DNA of 64,000 nucleotides from NCBI RefSeq assembly GCF_006345805.1, contig NC_043000.1:11284001-11348000 (forward strand), in the 5' to 3' direction. Source of the stretch: Octopus sinensis. Taxonomy: Eukaryota. Positions 50,042-62,015 of the stretch are shown here, one piece after another (within the stretch, counting starts at the first letter, position 1; each line of letters opens with the position of its first letter). The translations under genes were made by a program, and so were the position numbers. A model generated the notes under the pieces. That model worked only from the letters and a program-made list of their open reading frames with translations, did not search any database and was not told where the DNA came from.

Positions 50042-50460
50042 ATTAACGGATGAAATTGGCATAAAAGAACTTTTTTACGTTGGATATATCTTCTATATTT
50101 ATCATCTCTTGAAGATTAAGGAGAATGTTATACAGAAGAGATATAAACCTTGTACGATAAATCTATGGCAGAATGAAATACTGTGAAATACTTGCTCTCA
50201 ACTGAGATTAACAGTAGCATTTCTCTATGTCCTGTCTGATGTGTTTGAATTCTAAGTAAACTTGGATGAATTTCAAAGAGTTCTGAAGATATTTAGATTT
50301 CAGTGAAGATTACAGCTGAAAGCAGTGGAAATACTTGTAAGCAATAAATGGCAACTAGAAGAAAAATCAAAGTATACACTGTGGTGGCAAAGATAGATAA
50401 AGGAAAAGTTTAACACGGTGAAAACTTTAAGGATTTGGTCTATTTTTGTCACTTGAAGAG

Positions 50461-52413
50461 ATGTCAAAAAATAGACAGAAATCATCTTATCATTGTGGTG
50501 TATGTGGTAAAATATTCTCTGCAAAAAATGTTTTGACTAAACACCAACACGTTCATGCAGGAGAGAAGTCATTTAACTGTGAAGCTTGTGGTAAATCATT
50601 CTCTCAAATTGATAAGCTGAGGTCTCACAAATGTATTCATACAAGAGAAAAGCCATTTCACTGTGATATTTGTGGTAAATCATTCAGGACAAGTAGTCAT
50701 GTAACTATACACAAGCGTATTCATACAGGAGAGAAACCATTTCACTGTGATGTTTGTGGAAATTCTTTCTCTCAAAATGGTATTTTAACTAGACACAAGC
50801 GTATTCATACAGGAGAGAAGCCATATTCCTGTGACACCTGTGGCAAATCCTTCTCTCATAGTAATGTTCTGATTAATCACAAGCGTATTCATACAGGGGA
50901 GAAACCATATTGCTGTGACGTCTGTGGTAAATCATTCTCACAAAATAGTACGTTAATGAAACATGAACGTATTCATACAGGGGAGAAGCCATATCACTGT
51001 GATATCTGTGGTAACTCATTCTCTGTAAGTTGTAGTTTAACTACTCATAAACGTGTTCATACAGGAGAGAAGCCATTTCACTGCGATATCTGTGGTAAAT
51101 TCTGCTCAACTGCGAGTCAAATAAGTTTTCATAGACGTATTCATACAGGAGAGAAACCATATCGCTGTGAAATCTGTGGTAAATCATTCTATCGAAATTC
51201 TTTGTTAACTTTACACAAACGTATTCATACAGGAGAGAAACCATTTCATTGTGACGTCTGTGGTAAATCATTCTCTGTATGTAATGCCTTAACTACTCAC
51301 AAGCGTATTCATACAGGAGAGAAGCCATATCACTGTGATATCTGTGGTAAATCATTCTCTAACCGTAATATCTTAATTTGTCATACACGTATTCATACAG
51401 GGAAGAAGCCCTATCATTGTGATATTTGTGATAAATACTTCTCACAAAATAGTACCTTAGCTAAACACAGACGTATACACACAGGTGAAAGACCATTTCA
51501 GTGTCATATTTGTGGAAAATCATTCTCTCGAATGGATCACTTAGTTAAACACAAACGTATTCATACAGGGGAGCGACCATTTCACTGTGATGTTTGTGGT
51601 AAGTCATTTCTTGCAAGTAGTGCTTTAACTACTCACAAACATATTCATACAGGAGAGAAGCCATATCACTGTGATATCTGTGGCAAATCGTTTTCTGGAA
51701 GTAGTGAGTTGACTAAACACAAACGTATTCATACTGGAGAAAAGCCATACCACTGTGATATCTGTGGTAAATCTTTCTCTGTAAGTAATGCCTTAACTGT
51801 TCACAAGCGTATTCATACAGGAGAGAAGCCATATCACTGTGACGTTTGTGGTAAAACTTTCTCAGTAAGTAATGCATTAAGGAGTCACAAACGTATTCAT
51901 ACAGGGCAGAAGCCATATCATTGTGATATCTGTGATAAAAGCTTCTCACAAAATAACACCTTAACTAAACACAAACGTGTACATACAGGAGAGAAACCTT
52001 TTCAGTGTCATGTTTGTGACAAATCATTTTCTCGAATAGATCATGTCATTAAACACAAGCGTATTCATACAGGAGAGAAACCCTTTCAGTGTGATGTTTG
52101 TGGTAAATCCTTTGCAACAGGTGGTTCCTTAACTTCTCACAAACGTATCCATACTGGGGAGAAGCCATATCATTGTGATATCTGTGGTAAATCATTTTCT
52201 GGAAGTAGTGAGTTAACTACTCACAAGCGTAGTCATACAGGAGAGAAGCCATATCATTGTGATATTTGTGGTAAATCATTCTCTTACTGTAATGTCTTCA
52301 TTTATCACAAACGTAGTCATACAGGTGAGAAGCCATATCAGTGTGATATCTGTGGTAAATCCTTCTCTCAAAGTGGTAATTTGACTAAACACAAACGTAT
52401 CCATAGAGAATAA
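50461..52413 (+). CDS. C2H2 zinc-finger protein ZNF-E, 23 fingers, 650 aa; a 24th finger lies behind the stop
   Basis: ORF MSKNRQKSSYHC...HKRIHRE*; in-frame PFHCNMCGK...SHVSIH follows the TAA. Confidence 0.95.
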   Translation: MSKNRQKSSYHCGVCGKIFSAKNVLTKHQHVHAGEKSFNCEACGKSFSQIDKLRSHKCIHTREKPFHCDICGKSFRTSSHVTIHKRIHTGEKPFHCDVCGNSFSQNGILTRHKRIHTGEKPYSCDTCGKSFSHSNVLINHKRIHTGEKPYCCDVCGKSFSQNSTLMKHERIHTGEKPYHCDICGNSFSVSCSLTTHKRVHTGEKPFHCDICGKFCSTASQISFHRRIHTGEKPYRCEICGKSFYRNSLLTLHKRIHTGEKPFHCDVCGKSFSVCNALTTHKRIHTGEKPYHCDICGKSFSNRNILICHTRIHTGKKPYHCDICDKYFSQNSTLAKHRRIHTGERPFQCHICGKSFSRMDHLVKHKRIHTGERPFHCDVCGKSFLASSALTTHKHIHTGEKPYHCDICGKSFSGSSELTKHKRIHTGEKPYHCDICGKSFSVSNALTVHKRIHTGEKPYHCDVCGKTFSVSNALRSHKRIHTGQKPYHCDICDKSFSQNNTLTKHKRVHTGEKPFQCHVCDKSFSRIDHVIKHKRIHTGEKPFQCDVCGKSFATGGSLTSHKRIHTGEKPYHCDICGKSFSGSSELTTHKRSHTGEKPYHCDICGKSFSYCNVFIYHKRSHTGEKPYQCDICGKSFSQSGNLTKHKRIHRE

Positions 52414-52984
52414 CCATTTCACTGTAATATGTGTGGTAAATTAATCACCCAAAAATGTATCTTGGCTTCACATGTATCTATCCATACAAATGTGACTAGC
52501 ATTGTCAAAATTCATTACATTTTACAACAGCAAACAATATTTTAAAACCATTTTCCATTATAAATCATGGATTCACATTATGCACTGAGAAGTAATCCAC
52601 GACAATAATTATATATATGGTTCTGTTTTTGAAGTAATGTTCTTTAAACTGATGCACTTTCTTATGTCAACCCTTGCAGTGGTGTCTTACCTTGGATACA
52701 CATATTTTATATGGACATGTGCTATTTTTTTTCAAGTTCAATGTATGTATGAAATAACTCATATAACCATAAATGTATTTGTGGAAGGAAGATATTGCAT
52801 AATGATAACAAGTGGTTATGACTATATTTTATATTACTGCAGCTATATCTCTTCATTGGTTATGTAATATATTATTGTGATATTTTCAATAAAAGTATAT
52901 TCATATATATTCTGTGTAACATATTATACAAATATTTTTTTTATTGTTATTGTTTTTCAGTGTTCAGTGAAAAAATATGTTTAA

Positions 52985-53203
52985 CCCTCTAGTGTTCAGA
53001 TTATTCTATCAAACATAATGCTTATTGATTCTCATTGATTTGAATTAATCATGCATTATCTCATATCTTCAAGATCTTGATGGTGTAATTACTTAATGTA
53101 GAATAACATTGTAGGGTAGGTGTGAGAGCCTGGATCTGGTCAGTTTGAACATAAAACAGATTAAATATTTTGGCCGGATATGGCCGGTTTAAATACTAAA
53201 GGG
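52985..53203. mobile_element. piggyBac-type MITE (second family)
   Basis: TTAA|CCCTCTAGTGTT ... AATACTAAAGGG|TTAA. Confidence 0.85.
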
Positions 53204-53389
53204 TTAAAGTTCCCTAAAGATGTGGAGACATGATACATAACATATTTTCATGACTCCTAACATTGTATTTTGCAGGAGAAAATATATGTTTGAGAAAAAT
53301 AAACAAACAAAATATAAATTGCACCAGCACTAATCATTGATATGGTTAATAAGAGACCTATTGAGTCAAGTCAACATCAACATCAAAAT

Positions 53390-53696
53390 AAATATCAAAG
53401 CACCATCCGAACGTGGCCGATGCCAGCGCTGCCTCGACTGGCTTCTGTGCCGGTGGAACGTAAAAAGCACCAACCAATTGTGGCCGCTGCCAGCCTCCCC
53501 AGGCACCTGTGCTGGTGGCACATAAAAAGCACCCACTACACTCACGGAGTGGTTGGCGTTAGGAAGGGCATCCAACTGTAGAAACACTGCCAAATCAGAG
53601 TGGAGCCTGGTGCAGCCTCCTGGCTTCCAGACCCCGGTCGAACCGTCCAACCCTTGCTAGCACGGAAAACGGACGTTAAATGATGATGATGATGAA
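53390..53696 (+). mobile_element. RTE-tail-type retroposon with (GAT)n tail
   Basis: Same family as 14632 and 63120. Confidence 0.85.
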
Positions 53697-53946
53697 TAAC
53701 ACTGGTCTGCATTTGGGAATTTTTAAATTTTTATTTTTGTTGATGGATGTGATCTGTATTCTTGAATTGCTGATTTTAAATATCAAAGCTATTTTGCGCT
53801 ATCACATAAGGATTTTCAATAAAATATAAATTAATGATAAAAAATGTGAATTTTTAATAAATTATTACTTTATTAAAATGAACCAAATAGTCATGGAAAA
53901 GCATGTTCTATTAATTTTAAGAACATATGTATTCCAAGTCAACATC

Positions 53947-54363
53947 GGATCTTTTCGGTTTGAACGGCAGTTTTTTAAAATAATTTCCACGTAACTAAAC
54001 ACTTTTAAACTTCGTATACTGGTAGAATGTGTCACATAAAACATCTTTTTCTCTTGGCTTTATTGAGAAAATTCTATAGTTTTTAAGATACTTGTTGTTG
54101 TTTTTCTTCAATTTCTGTAATTTCAACCAATCAATGACGTCTATTGAGGTGAAAACATTCTGTGCCATATGAATATGTCCCTCGTTTAAGAAACAGATTG
54201 GCTTCATTTACATTTCTGAAGAAAAAAAGATACCCTTCCCCCACCCCTATCCCTAACCCTAAAACAGATTGAAATGTAATAGATCGATACTAGGGTCTTA
54301 ATTATGGCTGACAATTTCATATGACACCGCTAGAAAAAACTGCCGTTCAAACTGAAAAGATCT
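53947..54363. mobile_element. Complete GGATC-terminal MITE with 8-bp TSD
   Basis: TIRs GGATCTTTTCGGTTTGAACGGCAGTTTTT / AAAAACTGCCGTTCAAACTGAAAAGATCT; TSD TCAACATC / TCAACATG. Confidence 0.9.
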
Positions 54364-54439
54364 TCAACATGAAATGATTCATGTTTACCATGAATCATCA
54401 AAATTCTGCTTCATGATGTTGGTACCAACTGAATGTTTC

Positions 54440-55035
54440 AGGAACTAGAAGCTTGTATTCCTTCAGTCTAGAGCCAAGTAACTGTGCACATTCTTTTGGA
54501 AGGTTGAGGTCTCTGACAAAGTCACTTCGTTGAAGAGATTGAAATTGTCATTTGTTGGTGGTTTATTGTGTACTTCCATCTCATTAGTATCACCAGCACC
54601 AGACTTTGATGAAATTACCCATGTCTCAAGTGCCACAGGTACGGGAATATTATCTGAGTATGGAACAGGCCTTATTATTGATGGAAAATTTGGGTATATT
54701 ATGTGATCCTTAGTCTTATTTAATCCAGCTACTTTAGTCATATAGAAGCAGCAGTCATCAAGGTGGTTCATTTGCTCTCACCATACCATTGGTATTACAG
54801 AGAGCATACGTTTCAGATTTCAAACTGACCACATTTGGAGCTTACTAATACAACTCTTGCAAGCTTTGTGAGGTACAAATAGCTTGTCCTGGTCTCCACA
54901 TTTGCAGCCAAAATAAGCTAAATAGCAGCACTTCAACAAAGGAGTAATATTGCTCCAGGAATCTGAAGGTGTGAAATGCTTGTCATAGCAGAATATGTCT
55001 GGTGAATTTATGCAGCCTCTAGACACATTCACAAT
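54440..55035 (-). mobile_element. Degenerate N-terminus of a Cys/His-rich DNA transposase (family unassigned)
   Basis: C.NSPD.FCY, AYFGCKCGDQDK..PHKAC..C, PMVW..Q.NH.DDC and YPNFPSIIRPVPYS across frames. Confidence 0.6.
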
Positions 55036-55620
55036 CTGACAATAAAGAAGAATATTTTAGATTCAATATTTAAGTCTATATAAGGTAAACATTTTCATAG
55101 GTCATACACTTCATCATTTATTTATATAAAAAGAGAAAAGTACTGTTTCTATATAACTTGAGAACCTGATGTGCTAAAGATGAAACTATGAATTACTGCT
55201 TTTCATATATATTTCACAAAAGATACCATACAGTCAATAAAAAAAGTCATGCACACCAGAATAATTCAGTTTGGACATGTGTAAAGTGTATTACAATAAA
55301 CATTGACGTCTAGGGAATTTTCTTTATCACTAGAATCATAACTTCACTAAACGTAACTCATCAATCTCGAAAGCATGAAAGGCAATGTCGACCATGGCAC
55401 TAGCTGACGGTTAATATTCTCCACACTAACAATACTGCGGCCATTACCAATTGGGAGCAGCTGAGCATGGCTTTTGTTCAGGGATATGTAGCCCATCATC
55501 CTCCCTCTCCATCTGTTTTACAGACCCCTAGTTTTTTCTTTTCTTTTTTTTTTTGCTGTTTCTTTGTACTTAAATGTTATGAAGAAAAAAATAGAACATA
55601 TTTATCACTACTTTAATAAA

Positions 55621-56212
55621 CTAGAAAAGCACTCGGAGAGTGCAGACCCCTTATTTTTCCATTGTTCCCATAAATAAAAAAATCACCATACATATTATAT
55701 AAGCATGAATATTGCACGGAACTGCACTTATGCGCATGCATCAAGTGATTGATGATATAAAAAAACTTAGTTCAATTTTTTAAAAAATATACTTATCACT
55801 ATTCACCCACCATCATCATCACTCTCTGTGTTTCTTTAACCTCTCCATCAAAACATTACCCCTTAGCTAAAATTATATGCATAGATTTATAGTGAAACAG
55901 CAAATTGATCATGGCATGTGAAGCCCTCTCTACAATCACTTGATATACTAAAAGTAACAGCTAAATATCTGGAGAATTTTTGTGCTTGTGTGTGTGCTTA
56001 TCCAAATGAGCAGAGAAATAAGTACACAGAAATATATTTTACATACCTGTCATATACAGCTGTTTTGTTTTTTCACTTTAAAGGTAAACAATTCAGATAG
56101 AAGCAATTACCTTGCTGTTAGTTCAATCCCAATAAAGTACTACAAGTTTAGTCACTGGCTCAGCACCTATGTTTGTGTGCTTCATACCAAAATGATAAAA
56201 ACTTTAATATAG
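55621..56212 (-). mobile_element. Helitron-like element (3' hairpin and CTAG on the minus strand)
   Basis: Plus strand A|CTAG-AAAA-GCACTC-GGA-GAGTGC; 55875-56212 is the reverse complement of 57630-57998. Confidence 0.55.
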
Positions 56213-57299
56213 TGAAGGTGCATGGCTCAGTGGTTTGAGCATCGGGTTTACGATTGTGAGGTTGTGAGTTCGAATCCCGGACCGAGCTGTGTGTTGTGTT
56301 CTTGAGCAAGACACTTTATTTCACGTTGTTCCAGTTCACTCAGCTGTAGAAATGAGTTGCGACGTCACTGGTGCCAAGCTGTATCGGCTCCTTTGTCTTT
56401 CCCTTGGATAACATCAGTGGCGTGGAGAGGGGAGGCTGGTATGCATGGGCGACTGCTGGTCTTCCATAAACAACCTTGCCCGGACTTGGGTGACTTTCTA
56501 GGTGCAATCCCATGGTCAGTCATGACTGAAGGGGGTCCTTAATATACTTCCCAAATGGGACTTCATCTATGTGTATCTGTGTGCGTATATGTGCAGGTGT
56601 TGGTGCACAAGAAAAACATTTACGGAAATGAACTTGCACAATGGTACACCTCTGAATTTCTTTTTAATTGTGATAATGAAACAAAGGGTTTAGCCCTTAT
56701 CACCAAAATTTATTTCCCTTGCATTTTCTCTCTTTTACAGTATTTAATTAAAAGGGGGAATATGTTGTTACCAACAACATTAAAGCTTTACTAAATTGAT
56801 CGATCTGTCATTGAACTAGGATTTTAATTCCATTTGATAAACACCTTGCTATCATTTATATGGAGAATTGCAAACATGGCATATAAAGATAACTTATTTT
56901 AATAGAAATTTTATGAGTATATTGCCATAAATGCCTGTCACCTACATTGGGAGTGGTAATGACTAGGGTCCTGTAACTGACTGCTTATTGTGATCATTCG
57001 TCTTTTGGTTTCCTGTAGCTTTGCTCTCTTTTACAAACCCAGTGAACATATATTTCCTATTTCAAAGAAATTCAAACAATAGATATAAGACCCAAGTTAA
57101 AAAGATTTTCAACAATTCAACTTCTCTGGTTGACATTAAGATGCCCACCCCCAATAGGGGCATTAACTCTCACATTTTAGAGCTCCATGACCACCATTTT
57201 TCAGGAGCAAAATCCTTTTAACAGGTTCTATAAGACTGGAATTTTGGAATATGCATATAAAAATCAGTAGTATGGGATACATGTGGCACGATTACAATT

Positions 57300-57450
57300 T
57301 TGCTTGGGGGTGTAAAGAGGGAAATAACCCTCATCTGCAATTTTGATGAAATTCGAAACATAGGTATTCCAGTTCATTACAGAAAATATAACAGAAAAGT
57401 CTAATTCTTCAATTGTATGTAACTTGGGCAACGCCGGGTAACTCTGCTAG
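57300..57450 (+). mobile_element. Helitron 3' end (5' boundary uncertain)
   Basis: GGGCAACGCCGGGTAACTCTGCTAG|T, the same terminus type as at 12000. Confidence 0.6.
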
Positions 57451-57454
57451 TATA

Positions 57455-57628
57455 TATATATATATACGATGGGTTTCTTCCAGTTTCCATCTACCAAATC
57501 CACTCACAAGGCTTTGATCAGCCTGAGGATATAGTGGAAGACTCTTGCCCAAGGTGCCACACAGTGAGACTGAACCCAGAACCATGTGGTTGGGAAGCAA
57601 GCTTCTTACCATACAGCCACTCCTGCAA
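57455..57628 (-). mobile_element. Partial ATAGGCGCAGG-head SINE
   Basis: Reverse complement of the 5' half of 58806. Confidence 0.8.
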
Positions 57629-58140
57629 CTATTATGTTAAAGTTTTTATTATTTTGGAAGGAAGAACACATACATAGGTGCTGAGCCAGTGGTGACAAAA
57701 TGTGTAGTATTTTGTTGGGATTAATCCAATGAATTGACAGCAAGGTCATTGCTGCTATCAGAATCATTTACCTTTAAAGCAAAATAAAAAAACTGACGTA
57801 TACGACAGGTATGTAAAATATATTTCTGTGTACTTCTTTCTCTGTTCATTCGGATAACCTGTAGAAATTGTAGCGAGCGCGTACACACAAACACAAAAAC
57901 TCTCCAGACATTTAGCTGTTATTTTTAGCCTATCACGTTTCGCGGCGAGGGCTTCACATGTTGCGATCCTTTTGCTGTTTCACTATAAATCTATGCAAAC
58001 GGACAAAACGGTCATTCATTTTCACTCTTAGACAGCGGGATGGGGTGGCGATGTGTGTGTGGATCAATTTTGGAGTTTTTCATAAAAAAATTCGAAATTA
58101 AAATTTGTTCCCCCACCCTATATTCTTAATCTCCGTATTT

Positions 58141-58540
58141 GGATCTTTTCGGTTTGAACGGCAGTTTTTCTAGCGGTGTCATATGAAATTGTCACCCATA
58201 ATTATGACCCTAGTATCGATCTATTGCATTTCAATCTGTTTTAGGGTTAGGGTTAGGGGTGGGGGACGGGTATTTTTTTTTTCTTCAGAAATGTAAATAA
58301 ACCCAATCTGTTTCTTAAACGAGGGACATATTCATACGGCACAGAATGTTTTCACCTCAATAGACGTCATTGATTGGTTGAAATTGCAGAAATTGAAGAA
58401 AAAAACAACAAATATCTTACAAACTATATAATTTTCTCAATAAAGCCAAGAGAAAAAGATGTTTTATAAACACATTCTACCAGTATACGAAGTTTAAAAG
58501 TGTTTAGTTACGTGGAAATTATTCTAAAAAACTGCCGTTA
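58141..58540. mobile_element. GGATC MITE, inverted relative to 2337/53947, one end truncated
   Basis: Interior is the reverse complement of 53947-54363. Confidence 0.85.
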
Positions 58541-58805
58541 TTTTTCCACGTAGATTGAAAAAAAAATTCGATAAAAAGTTAAAAATTAGAAATTTAGGTG
58601 TGTGTATGTAAGGGTGGGATTGAAAATTAAAAAAAAAAACCGGGTTTTTTTTTTTGCATATTCGGAATCTCTGTCATCGAAAATATAGGAATCCGGTCAA
58701 ATAAAATTTAAAAAATCGTAGAGGTCGGTTTTTTGAGATGGTGGGGATGAGTGTGCACCAGGTCAGCCTAGGATTTTATAATAATAATAATAATGAAATT
58801 ATTGT

Positions 58806-59215
58806 ATACAGGCGCAGGAGTGGCTGTGTGGTAAGTAGCTTGCTTACCAACCACATGGTCCCGGGGTCAGTCCCACTGCGTGGCACCTTGGGCAAGTGTC
58901 TTCTGTTATAGCCCCGGGCCGACCAGAGCCTTGTGAGTGGATTTGATACACAGAAACTGAAACAAGCCCGTCGTATATATGTATATATATGTGTGTGTAT
59001 GTGTTTTTGTGTCCGTGTTTGTCCCCCTAGCATTGCTTGACAACCGATGCTGGCGTGTTTATGTCCCCGTCACTTAGCAGTTCGGCAAAAGAGACCGATA
59101 GAATAAGTACTAGGCTTACAAAGAATAAGTCCCGGGGTCGAGTTGCTAGATTAAAGGCGGTGCTCCAGCATGGCCGCAGTCAAATGACTGAAACAAGTAA
59201 AAGAGTAAAGAGAGT
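58806..59215 (+). mobile_element. Full-length tRNA-derived SINE (ATAGGCGCAGG head)
   Basis: GGCGCAGGAGTGGCTGTGTGGTAAG head, GG(T)TCAGTCCC B-box-like motif, CCTTGGGCAAGTG, internal (TA/TG)n and a GACTGAAACAAGTAAAAGA tail. Confidence 0.88.
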
Positions 59216-60649
59216 GCTCAGGTGCACCACAACATCTTAAATGTAACCACGAGGAGCCACATTTCCCATCAAATCGCACTCTATCTTTTAAATAGGCATT
59301 TCATATTTTATTTATCTCCAGGTCGTATTTTCCTCTATAATAACAGAAATACATTTTCCATTCCTCCTGATGTTTACAGATGGAATTCTCTGTTTTTAAC
59401 TTCTGTTCCAGAGAGTTATCCAACCATCGTTGTTCTCAGAACGTTGGTCTTCATCTTCGTCGTTCCTCGTAAGTTACCATTCTGCTTTCTCTCAAGATTT
59501 GATGTTTTGTTTTTCTTCTTCTTAAATCTTCAAACTTGTTTCTTTATATGTATAAAAAAAAAAATGTTCGGTTTAATTCATATAAATAGAGATAGATTAA
59601 AGTCAAACGTTTCGTATAGTCTTTGTTACGCGAGTAGAGCTCATTAATGAATCATAATTTATTTTGGTCATTTATTTCACATCTATTTTTGAGATTTTCC
59701 TGTTTCCTTTATCCTAATTTATACGCTTTAGTTTAACCATATATACGAAACACTTTAGTTTAACCATTTATATCTGAGATATAAGTTTTTATTTTTATCT
59801 GTCTCATTTACTGTTGCGATGTTTGCAAGCAGCTCTTCGACTTCTCGTGGTTACATTTATATAATCAAACGGTCAAGAACCTGTCTGGCTGAAGAACATT
59901 CGCCTACTGAAATTTGCAGCCACATTTTCCCTCAAATCGCACTCGATCGCCTTAAAGAAAGACAGGCGAAAGTAAAGAGTACGTACACCCGGTGGTTAGG
60001 GTTAAGGGTTTTTGTTAAGCCGAAAACGGGTGGTGTACGTATTCTTAAACTCTGTCGAAAAACATATTGGATAATATAATCCCTGATGTACCCGCTTACA
60101 TACATGCAGATATGTTTGTAACTGGTTTGATGGGGGTAGTTGGATGCTTGGTTAGGGCTGCATGTCGTTCCCATCTGAAACCAAGTCACCCTGTGTTGGC
60201 AACCATTTCTTGTGTCGAAAGTCATAAATTGTTGCTGAAATGAGTTGACGGTTAATATTGGTTTCAAAATATGGTGCAAGGCTAACAATTTCTGGAAGGG
60301 TTAATCGATTACACAGATCTCAGAGGTCTACTGGTACTTATTTTATCGACCCCGTAAGGATGAAAGGCATAACTGACGGTCAATATTCTCAGAGGCACAT
60401 CATTTGTACTGGGATATCTAACCCATCGCCCTCCCTCTCCTGCTTTACACCCCCACCTAGTTTTTTTCTTTTACTTTTTCATCTCTTTTTTTGTTGTTGT
60501 TTCTTTGTATTTAAATGTTATAAGGAACATAGACACTTTTAAAAAAGAAACAAAACAAGAACAACGGCATTCCACAGAGTGTCAACTGTTGTTCAAATGA
60601 GACGACTGCTAACTTAATGTAAGCTGTGCTTAATAACGGTTTCTAATTT

Positions 60650-60850
60650 TGGCACGCGGTCAGAAAGGTCCGGGGAGGAGGTACGTCGATTACATCGACC
60701 CCAGTGCTCAACTGAACATATTTTATCGAATCCGAAAGGATGAAAGGCATAGTCGACGTCGGCGGAATTTGAACTGGGAACGTACAGATGGACGACATGC
60801 TGCTAAGCACTTTTTCCAGCGTGCTGACGGTTCTGCCAGCTCGCTGCCTT
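60650..60850 (-). mobile_element. SINE related to the GGCAG-head family
   Basis: GTCGATTACATCGACCCCAGTG, GAAAGGATGAAAGGCA and GCGGAATTTGAAC are shared with 4092 and 47291. Confidence 0.8.
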
Positions 60851-61063
60851 TAAGCTGTGCATAGTAACGACACCACCACTACACAGAGCAAACGTTTAAA
60901 TAAGATTTATTGTGGCACAGTAATCACGAATAGATGTTCATACACCACAAAATATCTAGATGATAATAGCGTAACAAAACATGCAAAGGAAATGTCTATT
61001 CAAAGAGAAATTATTTTTGTTTTATTCCAACTACTTGAAGATTTTTCAATTGGTTTCAATTAG

Positions 61064-61441
61064 TCAAGCATATTTAGTGGTTGACCCAACAAAATTTTGG
61101 GTTGAGCTTAAAGGAACCGTGATTATCATTCCATAACCTCACCTCACATTAGAAATAGTTAGAAATATCCATTTTCTTTTTTGCAATTCTTTAATTTCCA
61201 TTAACTTTCTTAAACTTCGTTAAAATTGCACATACTTTATGATAAAATATTCATTGTAATTATAACCTTTATTTTCATATAAATTTTATAGCATAATAAT
61301 TACTGTAACAATTAATAAAATCTTTTTACCATTATTTACTCAAGAACCTCTTCGTATTAACATTTCGCTTGACTCGCTTCTATATATTATTATTTGAGCT
61401 CAACCTAACATTTTGTTGTGTCAAGCACATTTATTGCTTGA
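61064..61441. mobile_element. Possible MITE with ~45-bp imperfect TIRs
   Basis: TCAAGCATATTTAGTGGTTGACCCAACAAAATTTTGGGTTGAGCT versus AGCTCAACCTAACATTTTGTTGTGTCAAGCACATTTATTGCTTGA. Confidence 0.6.
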
Positions 61442-61968
61442 CCACTTATGCAATGCAGCTCTGATTTCTCTTTCTTTTTCTCACAGTGATTAGATTAGAT
61501 TATTGTATATTATGAATTCTTGTATTCTTTGCATAAAATTTGCTTTTTTCTAAACTAATTATAATTATGATAATTAATAAAATCTTTTTAACATTATTTA
61601 CTCAAGAGCCTCTTCATATTAACATTTCACTCAGCTCTTTTCTCTATAATTATTATACAACGTGACTCTGTTGTCTCTATTTCTTTCTCTTGCAGTGTTC
61701 CAATTGTTGCCTCAATTTTGATCCATTTCCGTATTCTTCACTAGTTCTTTTTGGTTAGATGGCCACTTCACCTGCCTAATTATTATGTGAGTTATTTGAA
61801 AAAATTGATACATTTTAATCCACCATTTATTTCAAGTAATATTATTTCCTTTGCTTTTTGACACATTAAATCAAATAATATCAAATGAAAGGACCCCTAT
61901 ATATGTATGTCTATACACATTAAATATGTACATATATATGCATTATATATACATGTCTACACACACAC

Positions 61969-62015
<47 letters not shown>

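Noticed and set aside
49995-50186. Paralogous hydrophobic ORFs MFISPLYLILFLCYFRL (and 63546)
   Set aside because: They straddle the polypyrimidine tract and acceptor; the same frame is closed early in ZNF-A. The similarity reflects recent duplication.
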